In this document: positions 1 through 13,439 of the stretch, one piece after another
Layout: every line of letters starts with the position of its first letter
How positions within the stretch are numbered: position 1 is the first letter of the stretch
Assembly (NCBI RefSeq): GCF_963921235.1
Contig: NC_086097.1
Span: forward strand, 161,140,001-161,204,000
Direction of reading: 5' to 3'
Length of the DNA stretch: 64,000 nt
Source: Mobula hypostoma
Lineage: Eukaryota
The notes under the pieces: generated by a model
The model's input: only the letters and a program-made list of their open reading frames with translations
The model's database searches: none
Told to the model about the DNA's origin: nothing
Position numbers and translations under genes: made by a program

Positions 1-475
1 CCCATGCGGGACCTTGGCATTTCCATGTAGACAGCATCCACGGCCTTGCTTTCATCCACTTTCCTGGTAACTTCCTCAAAAAACTCTGTTTGATTTGTTA
101 GATAAGATCTACCAGGCACAAAGCCATACTGATGCTCCTTAATCAGTCCATATCCATCCAAATATTTATATATCCAGTATCTTAGAATACATATTAATAA
201 CTTTCCCACAATTAATGTCAGACTCACCAGCCTTAAATTTCCTGGTTTATGTTTAGAGCCTTTCTAAACAGTGAAACAACATAGCCTCTCATCCAATCCT
301 CTGTACCTCTCCTGTCACTAAGTATAATTTAAATATCTCTATTAGGGCCCGGCAATTTCTGCACTTGCCTCCCGTAGGGTCTGACGGCACACCTTGTCAG
401 GCCCTGCGGATTTATCCACCCTCTTTTGCCTCAGGTTAGCAAGCATCTCCTCCTCTGTAATCTCTGCAGGGTCCA
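1..475 (-). mobile_element. CR1 LINE ORF2 (RT region) fragment, decayed, cut by window edge
   Basis: The minus strand reads VDKSAGPDKV...EFFEEVTRKVDESKAVDAVYM...VPHG, typical CR1 pre-RT/RT motifs, with stops and indels. Confidence 0.85.
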
Positions 476-559
476 AGCACCAACTGTTCAGATTTTGTGC
501 GTGTTGCTCAAGAGTTCCAGCATCTGGAGAACCTCTTGTACTTATGAGATAGATGGTGA

Positions 560-860
560 CTTCAAGAGTCCATCTTAATGTACTTGAGAATTATTCAATA
601 GTTTTATAAAAGCAAGGTAATAAGCTGTCCTTCCCCCCCGCCCCCCCCGGTGGCACGTGCTTTCAGGCTTGTGCATCTTCTGCCAATGAACTGTGTCCAC
701 AATTCTTTATAGTTCTTGCCCGCAGTCTCATGCAGAGAATTGGCCATACCAAGTCATTATGCATCCAGATAAGATGCTTTCTACAGTGCACTGATAAAAA
801 TTGGTAAGGGTCAATGGGAACATGCCAAAATATCTTTAGCCTCCTGAGGAAATAGAGATT
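560..860 (-). mobile_element. Rex1/Babar LINE 3' fragment
   Basis: The minus strand gives LYFLRRL...GMFPLTLTNFYQCTVESILSGCIMTWYG, matching the Rex1 C-terminus seen at 25146-25652. Confidence 0.7.
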
Positions 861-3800
861 TTAGTGAGGTTATGGGACTTCCTCCATTTCCCCAGAGACT
901 TGAACATGGAACTTAGGCCAGTACTTCTGAGGAGGTGCAGGCAGTGCTGTCTTCAATATGGAATAATGATACCTGATGTGAAGGATAGTCCAAGACCTTC
1001 ATTTAGAAAGGCACAAATTAATCAAGAACATTCAGCAAGAACACGTTAAACAAAGACTTTGTTTGACAACCTGATTATGTTTTTTGAGGATACAGCAAGA
1101 AAGGTTGATTGGGACAAGATTTCTAATGGCAGACAAGTCAAGAAAGGAGAAGCTCATGCAATCAAATGGAGAGTAGCAAATTTCATCCAAAAGAGGCTTA
1201 GTGGGAAAAAGCAAAGGATAATACAAGAACACAAGAAAGCAGGAGAAGGAATCAGCCACCATCCTGCCTCACATATATGATCATGGCTGACTGATACTGA
1301 CTTCAAGTTCTTTTCTGTGCCAATTACCCATAATCCTTAAATCTGTTACTTTTATCTTCATTACTATATCCTTTTCTAAGGTAAGAAAAACAAAACCTGA
1401 AAGCAATGTTCCAGGTGTGACCTAGTCATCATTTTGTACACTAAGGAACCTCCCAATTCTCAAGCTTTATAAAAGCTAAATGGTATTTGTATTCTTAACT
1501 CTTAATTGGACCTGCTTGCTAACTTTTTTGGAGTTCATGCACTAGATCCCGATGAACTTCACGCATTTGTAACAGTTAGATATTAATCCACCTTCTGATC
1601 CCCCTTACTGAAGTGCATGACCTTACACCAACCCACATTAAACTTTATCTACCATGCTTTTTCCCAGTCACTCTCCAAAGTAATTATCATTTTCCCTTTG
1701 TTCTCAGTATTATTTATGTATTTATCTATAAACCTATTTCTTCTTATTATTATTATTCATTTATTTGCACAATTTGACTTCTTTTGCACATTGGCTGTTT
1801 GCCAATCTTTCTTTGTGTGTAGTCTTTCATTGATTCTATTGTACTTCTTTGTTCTACTGTGAATGCCTGCAAGAAAATGAATCTCAAGATAGCATATGAT
1901 GACATATGATAAAATTTTCTGTTACTCTTCCAACATTTAACTGGTTTTGAAAATTTTCAGTCAAGTTGGTCCAGCATCTCCTCACTCATCCTCCACTAAA
2001 ATTCTTCGGTGCAGGTCATAGGATCCCAGTGATTTGTTCACTCTTAGCCTTGTCACTTTCTCTAACAACTTATCTTCTGTAATTGGAATGTTTACAGGCT
2101 CCTCTGTGTTATTTGAAATTAACCATCTGTTATATTAGAGACATTTGCTAGGTCCCCCATGGTGAAGACTAATGCAAAATTTGATGTAACATATCTGCCA
2201 TTTCTTTGCTTCTGTGTTATAACTCACCAGCTTCATACTTTACAGGTCCCACACCGACCATTGCTGCCTTCTTCAGATTTATATAGCCATAGAAACATTT
2301 ACTGTTTACTTTCCTATTACATAGTCGTCTTCTGTCAAAATGAAATTTCGATCTTCTTATGTGTTTTTTAATCTTTCACTGCTGGAACCTAAAAATATCT
2401 TCATTAGCCCTTGCCACTTTGTATATCCTATATTTCAATTTAACATTATCTTTAACATCCTTTATTAACCACAGATTGTCTCCCTTTCTCAAGATCTCCC
2501 TCTTTATAATTGAGATAAGTTCCTGCCAAGCATTATAGATCAGCAATTTGAATATCTGTCATGGTCCTTCATCTGATTTGTATTCTGGTTTATTTTTTAT
2601 GGCTACCTTAGACAACTCCATGTTCCTATCAATATAATTTTCCTCTATTTAAGTTGAAGACATTGGTTTTAGACCCACAGTATTCAGTTTCACATTACAT
2701 CAAGAATTAAATCATAATCTAACCCCAGGGGCATCTTTAACCACAAAATCTCTTAACTATCTTTCCTCATTGCTCATGATTGAATCTAAATAACCTTGTT
2801 CCCAGTAGGTTACATAACATGCTGCTCAAAAAACATCCCTGGTATTCTTTTACAAAGCCCTGCAAATTTGTTTCATCAAACCAACGTGTAATTTAATATT
2901 TCCCATGCATAACCAGTCCCCTTCAAGTATGCCACAGACATTTCCACTTTTCTGAGCTTTACCTATTCACATTTTGGGACCTTATAGACTACTTCTTTCT
3001 CCTGCTGTTCATGGTTTCAACCCAAACTCATTTAACATTATTATCCATTGTCTCCGTATCATAAGTCAGCACTCCGATACCTTTCTTGATCAATGCCACT
3101 TTTCTTTTTGACTGATCTTTTGAACATTGTATAGGTGATAAATGTTAAAATGCTGACTGTTTCTCTTTCTACAGATGCTTCCTGACCTAAGTATTTCCAG
3201 CATTTTCAATTTTATTGCCTTTTCCAGCATCTGCGGTTTATTTGATTTTCACATTGTTTGCATGCCTCACACAAGACTCTCCCAAAAATAATCAAAAATC
3301 AAAATATTGTAGATACAGGAAATAAAAACAGAAATGCTGGAAATAACCCACAGGCGTGCAGCATCAGTAGAGAAACAAACTGAGCTATTGACTTAAAATA
3401 TAAACTCTTACTTTCTCTGCAGTTGCTGACTGACCTACAGAACATTTCCAATGTTTGCCATTTTGGTTATTCTCATTACAACTATTGTACTCCAAGCTCC
3501 ATCAAAGAAATGATTTGCAGGAAGTCAGGGAAGTTATTCCAAGGGTCCTTCAAAGGCTGTTTGAAAAAGTGTGATATTATAGCGACGCTTGACCAAAGTG
3601 CTCTCAAACTTGAGAAGAATCAAGTACTTTGAGTTCCTTGGTGGAAGTGAAGAGCACACAGAAAGCAAACCACGCACCAATCTGAATAATGCACCCACCC
3701 ACCTACATCTTCATGCACCACCTGCCTGACCAATGGCTGATCTCATTTGACATCAGATTCCACAGAACAGTAGCAGAAACAATTTATGTTCAACACCAGA

Positions 3801-4007
3801 GAAGAATGTGGTTGAATCTTAACACTATAAATAAAATGGACTTGTTTTCTTTTTGTTCTAATTGAGTGCTTTATTCAAAATTGTGTATAATCTATACTTA
3901 ATTGGTGTTTTTTTGTGAATGCTACGTGCCGGTTACGTTACTGCAAGTAAGACTGCCATTGCCCTGTCCATACAACACATGAACATGAGGCAATAAACTT
4001 GACTTTG

Positions 4008-4265
4008 GTTCCTCAGGGGTCAGTGTTGGTACCACTACTTTTCACATTGTTTGTCAATGATTTGGATAATGGAATTGATGGCTTTGTGGCAAAGTTTGCA
4101 GATCATACAAAGATAGGTGGAGGTGTAAGTAGTGCTGAGGAAGCAATGTGACTGCAGCAGGACTTAAACAATTTGGAAGAATGGGCAAAAAGGAGCCAGA
4201 TGGAATACAGTGCTGGGAAATGTATGATAATAATGCATTTTGGTAGAAGGAACAACAGTGCAGAA
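4008..4265 (+). mobile_element. CR1 RT catalytic-region fragment
   Basis: Reads VPQGSVLVPLLFTLFVNDLDNGIDGFVAKFADHTKIGG (QG motif and decayed FADD). Confidence 0.85.
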
Positions 4266-4829
4266 AAAGCTTTTTGCATTCCTCGGGCTCATATGGAGCC
4301 AACCTCTATCCAAGTTCCATAAGTATTCATGTCTCACATACCTCCCTTTCCTCCTTTAGGAGCTTCTGAACCCATACTTCCTTGACTGAGCCTTTATTCA
4401 TTTGTCTTTTAAGTTCTTATGCAGCATGGTGTCCAATATAACAATGCTTTGAGACAACTTGAGCCATTTTACCATTTCAAAAGCGCTTTAGAAATGCAAG
4501 CACTTTAAGTTAGCCACACTCTCGAACAAACTAGAAGCAATTTCCTTTGAACTAACCATCTTAAAGCTTTAATGGCACTCTTGAATTTTCTACACTGACA
4601 GTTTCTGCACTAAGAACAACCAGCTTTCAAAAATCTGAAGTATTGCAAGCCGAGGATCAATCCAATAAAATCCCCATTCCCTTTCTAATCCTTTCCCAAG
4701 CAGAAGCAGAGAAATAAGTGGGTTTAAACGCAAACAACAGGAATTCTGCAGATGCTGGAAATTCAAGCAACACACATCAAAGTTGCTGGTGAACGCAGCA
4801 GGCCAGGCAGCATCTCTAGGAAGAGGTGC

Positions 4830-4865
4830 AGTCGACGTTTCAGGCCAAGACCCTTCATCAGGACT
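4830..4865 (-). ncRNA. Minimal type I hammerhead ribozyme motif (Penelope pLTR), intact core
   Basis: Minus strand AGTC-CTGATGA-A-GGGT(CTTG)GCCT-GAAAC-GTC-GACT: stem I AGTC/GACT, CUGAUGA and GAAA core boxes, stem II, palindromic ACGU stem III and GUC cleavage triplet. Confidence 0.75.
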
Positions 4866-5249
4866 AACTGAAGGAAGAGTGAGTAAGGGATTTGAAAGTT
4901 GGAGGGGGAGGGGGAGATCCAAAATGATAGGAGAAGACAGGAGGGGGAGGGATAGAGCCAAGAGCTGGACAGGTGATAGGCAAAAGGGGATACGAGAGGA
5001 TCATGGGACAGGAGGTCCGAGAAGAAAGACAAGGGGGGGGGGACCCAGAGGATGGGCAAGAGGTATATTCAGAGGGACAGAGGGAGAAAAAGGAGAGTGA
5101 GAGAAAGAATGTGTGCATAAAAATAAGTAACAGATGGGGTACGAGAGGGAGGTGGGGCCTAGCGGAAGTTAGAGAAGTCGATGTTCATGCCATCAGGTTG
5201 GAGGCTACCCAGACGGAATATAAGGTGTTGTTCCTCCAACCTGAGTGTG

Positions 5250-5283
5250 GTCCTGACGAAGGGTCTCAGCCTGAAACGTCGAC
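5250..5283 (+). ncRNA. Minimal type I hammerhead ribozyme motif (inverted pLTR arm), intact core
   Basis: GTC-CTGACGA-A-GGGT(CTCA)GCCT-GAAAC-GTC-GAC; predicted cleavage after C5280. Confidence 0.7.
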
Positions 5284-5429
5284 TGCACCTCTTCCTGGAT
5301 GCTGCCTGGCCTGCTGCATTCACCAGCAACTTTGAAATAAGTGGGTCCTTAGATTTGATTGAAAAAAAGCTTAATTTCTGAGAGCTACATATTCAACATC
5401 TGCTACATTATTCTATTGTTCTATCATTA

Positions 5430-5790
5430 TTCTAGCCTCTCCAACATCTTCCAAAAGCGATGCCTCAAAAAGGCTGTATCCATCATTAAGGAACTCCATC
5501 ACGCAAGTTATGCAGCCTTCCACTTGCTACCATCAGGGACAAAGTACATTAGCCTGAAGACATACACTTAATGTTTTAGGGACAGCTACTTCCGCTCCAT
5601 CATCAGATTCCGAACGAACAACCAACCAACCCATGAACACTACCTCACTATTTTTGCTCTCTTTTTGCACTATTTATTTAATTATATAGACAGATAGAGA
5701 TATATAGTGTATATTTTATGTATTGCACTGTACTGCTGCCACAAAACAATAAATTTCATAATATATGCCAGTGTTATTAAATCTGATTCT
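5430..5790 (+). mobile_element. Rex1/Babar LINE 3' end
   Basis: Reads IFQKRCLKKAVSIIKELHH...FHLLPSGTKYISLKTYT, followed by a 3' UTR ending in a ctgatt-type tail. Confidence 0.75.
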
Positions 5791-6069
5791 AATATTGAAA
5801 GAAAAGAGCAAGCATTCTTGAAACTCCATGAATAAATAAGGGTATAAGAGAACAACTAATGCTAAGGAGAGGTCTACATCAAACACACAGATAGCTAAAT
5901 GGTACATGATCAAAGAAGAATGCAAGAAAAAGAAAGAATACAAAGAGATTAAGGGAGAAGTCAACAGAAAGACAGTCAGGAGGACAAAGAAAGAAATCAC
6001 ATTAAATTATCACGGAATATAAAACAAAACGATGAAGTATTTTACTACTGTATCATACAAAAGAGGAAC

Positions 6070-6640
6070 AAAAACAGAAAAAATCCTGGAAATCCTCAGC
6101 TGGTCAGGCAGCACCTGTAGAAGGAGACACAGTTAAAATTTTAGGTTAAAGACCCTGTAACAGAACTAAGAAGAGAGAAAATAAAGTAGCTTTAAAGGTT
6201 AGAGAGGTTAAGCAGTGACTGAATGGGACAAAAGGAATATATCTGGCAGGGTGGGCACAGAGATATCATGTTGATGATTTGATTGATAGATTAATGATAA
6301 AATTAGAAAGATAGAACTCAAAGGATCATAAAAGCTGAGAAAAGCAGACTAAAGAAAGTGTTCAACATGTCAGGCTCTGCTATTGGAAAGGAAAGCCTGA
6401 ACCTATATTACAGATGAGCCCATACAGCAGAACAAGCCAGTATGAATAATATCTGGACTAATGAGTAACCTGGAGATGAGGTCTTTTCCTCATGCTTACA
6501 TTGGGCTTTGTTATAACAGTGCAGGAGCCTCAGTCTGATAGTATGACAGGGCAAGGTGAAAGAGGGATGGAGAATTAAATTGGCAAAATATGCAAAGCTC
6601 AGACACCCATGTAGACTGAGCAAAAGCACTCAGCAAAGCA
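6070..6640 (-). mobile_element. Older Penelope-like element 3' fragment
   Basis: The minus strand has LLHCYNKAQCKHEEK (decayed GIY-YIG C-terminus; compare LLYCHKEATLSMEEQ at 36130) and a decayed pLTR/hammerhead at about 6070-6170. Confidence 0.55.
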
Positions 6641-6644
6641 ATTG

Positions 6645-7150
6645 TAGAGTCATAGAAACATGAAGTATGGAAACACCATTTGGCTCAACTCTTCCATGTC
6701 AACCAAGGTGCAAACCCTTTTTATCGATGTACCAGTCCAAATTACTTTTAATCTCTGTCATTGTAACTGCCTCAACTATCTCCTCTGGCAGCTCATTGTA
6801 TACACGCACCATCCTCAGTGGCTCATCAGGTCCCTTTAAAACTTACCCCTCTCACCTGAAACTCATTTCTGATTACCTTTCCCTGGGAAAACGATTATGT
6901 GTATTCACCTTTTCTATGCCCCTTCTGCTTTTACACATTTCTATAAAGAGTATGAACCACCTCAGTCTTCTACCTCCATGAAATAAAGTCCTAGCCTTCC
7001 CACCCTCTCCTTATCACTCTGGCCGTGGAGTCCTGGCAGTATTCGCATAACTCCTTTTGGCACTCTTTCCAGACTAACGACATCTCTCCTATAAAAGAGT
7101 AGTGGAAACTGTACACAATTCTTCAGGTGTAATTTCACAAACATCTTGTG
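6645..7150 (-). mobile_element. CR1 LINE 3' end fragment
   Basis: Reads CVQFPLLFYRRDVVSLERVPKGVMRILPGL...ERVGRLGLY, the CR1 ORF2 C-terminus. Confidence 0.75.
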
Positions 7151-7744
7151 CTGCAGTTACACAAACTGTGTTTGGTTTCTCTTGTGGAGCGGAGACTATA
7201 ATGAATACCAAATTCAGTACATTATATTGAAAAATGCACTGGGGAATTACTGATTCACTTTGTAGGACTGTTTGAGTGAATGAGTGCTGGGATGTCTCCA
7301 TTTTCATACACTTGAATAGATATACAGATAGATAGTTTAATAGATATATTTTAAAACTTACTTATAACACTAGTTGTTCTGTTGGGGAAGGAACTGGGAA
7401 GTCAGGACAGAGACTGGGACATGAGCATGCACTAACTCTTAGAACTTGGCAGTAAATAAGATGGTAATGGTTGAACATCAAGAGGGTCTGTATCACCCCA
7501 TATGATTAATCTCTGTTGAACTACTGTGCTTTATGTCCAAAACCTGCTGTCAATGCACACATACTGCCTTTTAATCTACGTTAATAGAAAACATTGGGTT
7601 CCAAAGGCACACTAATCATATTAAATAAATATGCAAGGCATTTTTATATACAAAATAAATATGGTGGCAGCTGAAAGTGTACTCAGAGGTCTTCAGAATG
7701 CAAGACTTCTAACACCTGACATGACAGATGTTGAGGGGTGAGAT

Positions 7745-8870
7745 AGACAATAAGAAATAGGAGCAGGATTAGGCCATTTGGCACATCGAGTCTGCTCTGC
7801 CATTTCATCATGGCTGGTCCATTTTCCCTCTCAGCCCCAATCTCCTGCCTTCTCCCCATCCCTCTTTATGCCCTAGCCAATATAGAATCTGTCAAACTCT
7901 GCCTTAAATATACGTAATGACTTGATCTCCATAGCCAGCTGTGCAATGAATTTCACAGATTCACCACTCTCTGGCTAAAGAAATTCCTCCTCATCTCTGT
8001 TCTAAAAGAACAGCCTTCTATTCTGAGGTTGTGTCCTCTAGTCCTAGACTCTCCCACCAAATGAAACATCCTTTCCACATCCACTCCATTGAGAACTTTC
8101 ACCATTCGGTAGGTTTCAATGAGGTCACCCCTAATTCTTCTGCATTTCAATGAGTATAGGCACAGAGCCATCCAATGCTCTTCACATGACAAGCCGTTCA
8201 ATCTAGGAATCATTTTCATGAATGTCCTCTGAACCCTCTCCAATTTCAGTACATCCTTTCTAAGAAAAGGGGCCCAAGACTGCTCAGAATACTCCAAGTG
8301 AAGCATCACTGGTACTTTATTAAGCCCCAACATTACATCATTGTTTTTATATTCCAGTCCTCTTGAAATGAATGCTAACATCGCATTTGCCTTTCCCACC
8401 ACTGACTCAACCCACAAATTAACCGTTAGGGAATCCTGCACAAGGACTCCCAAGTCCCTATGCACCTCAGATTTTTGAATTTTCTCTCCATTTAGAAAAT
8501 GTTCTATCCTTTTATTTCTCCTACCAAAGTGCATGACTTTACACTTCCCAACACTGTATTCCATCTGCTCTTCTTTGCCCATTTCCTTATCTATCTATAT
8601 TCTTCTGAAGCCTCTCTACTTCCACAAAACTATCTGCCCCTCCACCTATCTTCGTATCAGCCGCAAACTTGGCCACAAAGCCATTAATTCCATCATCCAA
8701 GTCATTAAAATATAACATAAAAAGAAACAGTCCCAACACAGACCCCTGTGGAGCACCACTAGTTACCGGCAGCCAACCAGAAAAGGCTCCCTTTATTTCC
8801 CCTCTTTGCTTCCTCCCAATCAGCCTCTGCTTTATCCATGTTAATATCTTTCCTGTAATACCATGTGATC
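7745..8870 (-). mobile_element. CR1 LINE ORF2 3' portion (RT C-terminal half and tail)
   Basis: ORFs 8587-8937 and 7953-8582 read VTSGAPQGSVLG...VAKFAADTKIGG, KCKVMHFGRRN, DLGVLV, RGDLIETY, RRNFFSQRVVNL. Confidence 0.92.
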
Positions 8871-9206
8871 TAACCATTGAGAGGGCAGATAGCCACTTCA
8901 AAGAAATCAATAATTCAGTTGCAAAACTAAAATACACTTGGCATCAAACTAATATTTCCATTTAGTCTTTTGAAAGCAATATTGGAGTGCTCAATTGCTC
9001 TCAAGTTTAATAGCTGTTATGGTGGGAAAATGTAATCCAAACTGCAAGCTGGCATCCAAGCTTAGGAACCCAGTTGACCAAGCCATATTTTTTTCTTTGC
9101 TTCACTGAGGACATGGGATTTTTGCATATCAGACCAAAAATAGATATCTCTTCTAACTGTTTGAACAAGCAGTGCATCTTTTAGCTATTTTGTTAATTTT
9201 GACAAA

Positions 9207-9560
9207 CTGGAGGAACTCAGCAGTCCAGGCAGCATCTATGAAGAAGAGTACAGTCGATGTTTTGGGCTGAGACCCTTCATCATTACTGGAGAAAACAAGA
9301 TGAGGAGTAGAGTTAAAAGGTGGGGGGAGAGGAAGGAGAAACACAAGGTGATAGAAGTGGGGGGTGAGGCGAAGTAAAGACCTGGGAAGTTGATTGGTGA
9401 AAGAAACACAGGGATGGAGAAGGGGAAACCGAATAGGAGAGGACAGAAGGCCATGGAAGAAAGGAGATTGGGGGAGGAGCACCAGAGGGAGGCCATGGGC
9501 AGGCAAGGTGAGACAGGGAAGAGGGGATGGGGAATGTTGAATGGGGGGAGGGTGAGTGTC
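9207..9560 (-). mobile_element. Penelope-like 3' UTR/pLTR fragment with decayed hammerhead (9251-9288)
   Basis: Minus strand cagtaatgatgaagggtctcagcccaaaacatcgactg is followed by gatgctgcctggactgctgagttcctccag; homologous to 36240-36660. Confidence 0.75.
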
Positions 9561-9574
9561 GAAAAGCACCAAAA

Positions 9575-10875
9575 GCCCATCCAATTCCTCCTGATTTACT
9601 CACCCATTACTCCTCTCATCCTGGGTTACTCCTGGGTCGTTGCTCATAACCCTAAATTTGCCTGATCATCCGATGCACTGCTGAGTTGGGGACCTACCTG
9701 CCAGACCACCTGCCTGTAACCTCAGTTGACCGCAGCCCATAAATCCATGGAGTCAGAGGAAACCCTTGACCTCACCAAACTCTCACAGGAATATCACGAC
9801 ATAACCAGCACCTTCAGTAAAAGGGAAGCTAGCACCCTGCTGCCTCGCCAACCACATTACTGTACAATCGACCTCAACTTCCCGATGTCATCTCTACTCC
9901 CTCTCTCCTCCTGAGATCCTCTGAGACATGCTGCACAGGTATGTGTTCATCTGCCCCGATAACATCCTCATCTTCTCCAAGAAACCTCAAAACCACATCT
10001 GTCACATCTGTTCAGTCCTTCAGTGTCTCCTCAAAAATCAACTGTGCTGCAAGCTAGAAAAATGCCAGTTCCACCCCAGTTATTTCCTTGCTGAGTTATG
10101 TACTTTCATCCCAAACCATAACCATAGACCAGGAGAAAGAGCACACCATCGTTGAATGGCCCCGACCGCACACCCTCAAACAATCCCAGCACTTGAAGTT
10201 GACCTTCTCCAACTTCTACCAATCTTTCATCAGAAACTACAGCCAAATGGCTGTTCCTCTTACCTCCCTCACCAAGTCACTTACTTCACAGATCATCTGA
10301 GTTGCTGCCGCAGACCACGCTATTGAGGGGCTCAAGAGATGCTTTACCATTGCTCCTATTCTCCACCATCTGAAACCCTGCAAACCTTTTGTGGTAGAGA
10401 TGGATTGCACCTGATGTGGGTGTCAGGGCTATCCCCTCCAAGCAAGGATCGGTTAGGAAGACACATCCTTGTGACATCTTCCCACATAAGTTTAACTCAA
10501 CACAGTAGCATTATAGAGTTGGAGACTAGGAGTTACTTGCTATTAAGTGGATTTTGGAGGAATGGAGACACTGGCTGATGGAAAACACTGAGCCCTTCCT
10601 GATCTGGACTGACCACCAGACATCATATCCATACAACAGACCTCCCACCTCAACCTACATCAGGCTTGCTGAACCATCTTCTTCAAACAATTCAACTTCA
10701 TCTCCTACCAGCCTAGTTCCAAGAACACAAAGGTGAACATTCTATATTGACAGCTTGATCCAGCTGAAATGGAGACTGGCCTTCAACCCATCATTCCATC
10801 CTCTCAGATCCTCACCCCGATCATCTGGGACCTTGAGAACCAGTACGATCAGGCTCTGCAGCACGAGCCTGCAGG
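9575..10875 (+). mobile_element. Gypsy/Ty3 (Sushi-like) LTR retrotransposon pol remnant, internally deleted
   Basis: Motifs occur in order: protease end LILGYSWVVAHNP; EYHDITSTFSKREASTLLPRQPHYCTIDL; RT LRDMLHRYVFICPDNILIFS (decayed YLDD) and KLEKCQFH; RNase [17 protein letters not shown]...PFLIWTDH. There are many stops and frameshifts, and no flanking LTR was seen. Confidence 0.88.
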
Positions 10876-13439
10876 ACATCTTACCTTAAGAAGTTGTGTG
10901 AATGTGAGGTTCCATCGATTCATCTTTTCTTTTCCTCTGTTCTTTGGAATGTGCTTATTGTCTATTTAATGTTTGCTCCAAATATTTTTCAGTTTATTTG
11001 TGAAGCTTCAGAGGGAAGAAAAAATGCATGTGTGTTTTGTCTTATCTGTGTTTTAAGTCTGTGCATATTTATTTCTTTGCTTTGGAATGGGTATTGGAGA
11101 GGGAGAAACCGGATTCCACACTGGCAATGTGGAATACAGGTTAAGGTGATGGAAATGTGATTGTCTCTATTCTAGATATGAGGTGCCCACATTTCAGAAA
11201 TAAATCGGCATTTAGGGAAATTTGTGATTTTTGTATACTCAAATCCGGAATTTGTAATGTGCTTTTATATAGGATATTGTCAATGTACTGATTGAGTTTT
11301 AGTTCTTTTGGAAAGAACTTGGCAAAATTGAACATTGCCACAGCATGTGCCTCATAAAATGCAAAAGAGTAGCCAGGACTCAGGTCATTCCTGTCTCACA
11401 GAATGCAAATGTAGAATGTGCTTGTAGTCCAGCATGTGCTGTGTACAATACAAATGGGAGTTCACCATTGTTGGCCATAAGGAGTGAGAGGGAGAAGGCA
11501 GACCAAGTGAGTCAGCACACTAACAATCACATTACAGGAAACATAAATAACAAACATCAATCCCCTGATTGAAGCAGGCCTACGAATGAAAAGGAACAGG
11601 AACGGAAATGCAGAAGACGCAGAGAGCGTGACAGCAAGTCGTGAATAACATGCTAAAATAGAACTGTAACAGTACTTTGCAATGAAGGCTGGTTCTGGAA
11701 GGAAGATGATCAGTTATATAAGTCAGATCAGAGAGATATTTGAAAATAGATGGGAGGGATCCAAGTTGCAGCAAAGACATCAGGTTCCACAACCTCAATA
11801 GCAAAAAAGACGGAGAAAGAGAGAAGACATTACACACAGCGTCTGAAGACAGCCACCACAGCCTGAATGGGGGAGTGAACACAAATCAACTGAGCCCTTC
11901 CAGTATGTGGGCTAGAGCAGCCATTCAAGTACAGACCACCCCAAACCCTCCTGCAGATTGATGAAAGGGACTGAGAGTCTATTGTCAGATCATTCCGATA
12001 ATCTTCTGTACTGGCATGGAATGTGAACTGTTGCCTAAGAAACTAAAGCAAAGTTGCCTTGCTGTAACCCCACCCACAGAGTAACTACTGACACTTAATT
12101 AGATTCTTTTTCAATTTTGGCTTCCTGGGACAGATTTTGGTCCAGAGACCAAGAGAGAGTTAGGAAGTATTCAGGGTTTATGTGAATATAACATTCAGGC
12201 AAGAACCAGTCTTCAGCTATTAATGTAGATTGCAAATTACAAGCAGTAAATTGAAGTTAAAAGCACACCTTTGCAAGATGGTGGTCCTGAGATCTTTACA
12301 TATGCGTCTGCCTGCCAAAAGTTAAGGCAATGTTGGTGGACTACAGTAGTACACTGGCAGCAACTGGTGAGTTGATAATTCTGGGTATCATAATGTTGTT
12401 TGTATGTAGCACAGTGGGTCGTCAACAGGGATTATACAAGCCAGCAGACTGTGTGCTACGGTGTCATATCTTTTGAGAGGTGGAATAATGCTGTAAGTGT
12501 CCAGTTTACCTCTTCCTCAAAAGCCGCTCCCCTGTGGTAACTAAGGGTTGGCCTTTTTAAGGATCATTGCAGCCCTCCCACTAGCTAATAATGTCACACC
12601 ACAGGAAGAGTATAAATCTAGTGTGCTGAAAGCACCTGGTCACTCTTTTGCTCTAAGGATTACTGTGAACCAGGTTGCAGATGGTTCCACAGAAATAGTG
12701 GAGGTGTGCAAGAGAGGGCCCCGGGCACACACTTTAGATAAGCATTTGTAACTGAGTGTAACTTAAGTGGTTTACTGAGATGGTTTAGGTAATAGTTTAG
12801 TGTTTGTACAGTCCTGTAAATAAATAACTTATATAGATGCACCAGTCCACAATAGCAATGATTAAGTGATCATTGTCCTACTGATCATTGTCACCATGTT
12901 GTGTGACGCTATAAATGGCCTAGATTCAGAGTAGAACTGACGGCTCAAAACTGAACATTTATGAGGCACTTTTAACCATCGGCAGCAGCAACAGAAATGT
13001 ACACACTTTGAATCTGTGTTCTCACCCTGTCATTACTTTGAAACTGGGGAATATTATCTTGGCTCATTGAGAAGTACAGAAGTACTTGCTCGAGAAACCT
13101 AAAGATAACAAAATGCGCTATGTTTATCAGCACACAAAGAGTTAAACAATCTCGTAACCAGTGGATCAGGTTGAGGCTCTGCAATCCTACCACATGAATG
13201 ATACTGGATAACTAAGTGGTTAGTAAGAAGAGAAATCTCCAAGAATCCTCTACTTTAGTTAAAAGAAAGGATGAGACATTCACAATTGTTCATACGTAGT
13301 TAAATGGATCATCTATTGGCCAGAAGTGTCAAAAGATAGTCTATCTCAGTTTCTTCTTGTGATCCCCACCATCGCAGAGGAAAATTTAATTCAATCCCAT
13401 GATATCAAGAAACATCTGAAACCACAAGATACAGCAAAG

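Larger units (their letters stand above)
4724..5333 (-). mobile_element. 5'-truncated Penelope-like element with inverted 5' pLTR arm and 13-bp target-site duplication
   Basis: The minus strand at about 5160-5250 encodes TLRLEEQHLIFRLGSLQPDGMNIDFSNFR*, the GIY-YIG C-terminus of Penelope-like elements. 4777-4864 and 5250-5335 form an inverted repeat. The direct repeat GAAATAAGTGGGT lies at 4711-4723 and 5334-5346. Confidence 0.85.

Noticed and set aside
4590..5381. Cluster of overlapping 66-123 aa ORFs
   Set aside because: These are stop-poor purine/pyrimidine-skewed Penelope 3' UTR sequence; the same pseudo-peptides (SPDEGSQPETST) recur at 9153-9603, 35030-35446 and 36239-36600.
9575..10875. 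Domesticated Sushi-derived gene or intact retrovirus-like element
   Set aside because: The catalytic YLDD has decayed to CPDN, there are multiple frameshifts, part of RT is deleted, and no LTRs are adjacent.
10880..11400. Minus-strand open frame (FAFYEAHAVAMFNFAKFFPKELK...) and AAG|GTAAGA donor at 10885/10884
   Set aside because: The frame stops at 11141, well before the donor, and I recognise no homology; it is probably an unclassified old repeat.
12548..12800. TATA box (gtataaat near 12610) and 67-aa ORF
   Set aside because: It is a single common motif, the ORF starts at TTG, and no supporting exon structure was found.
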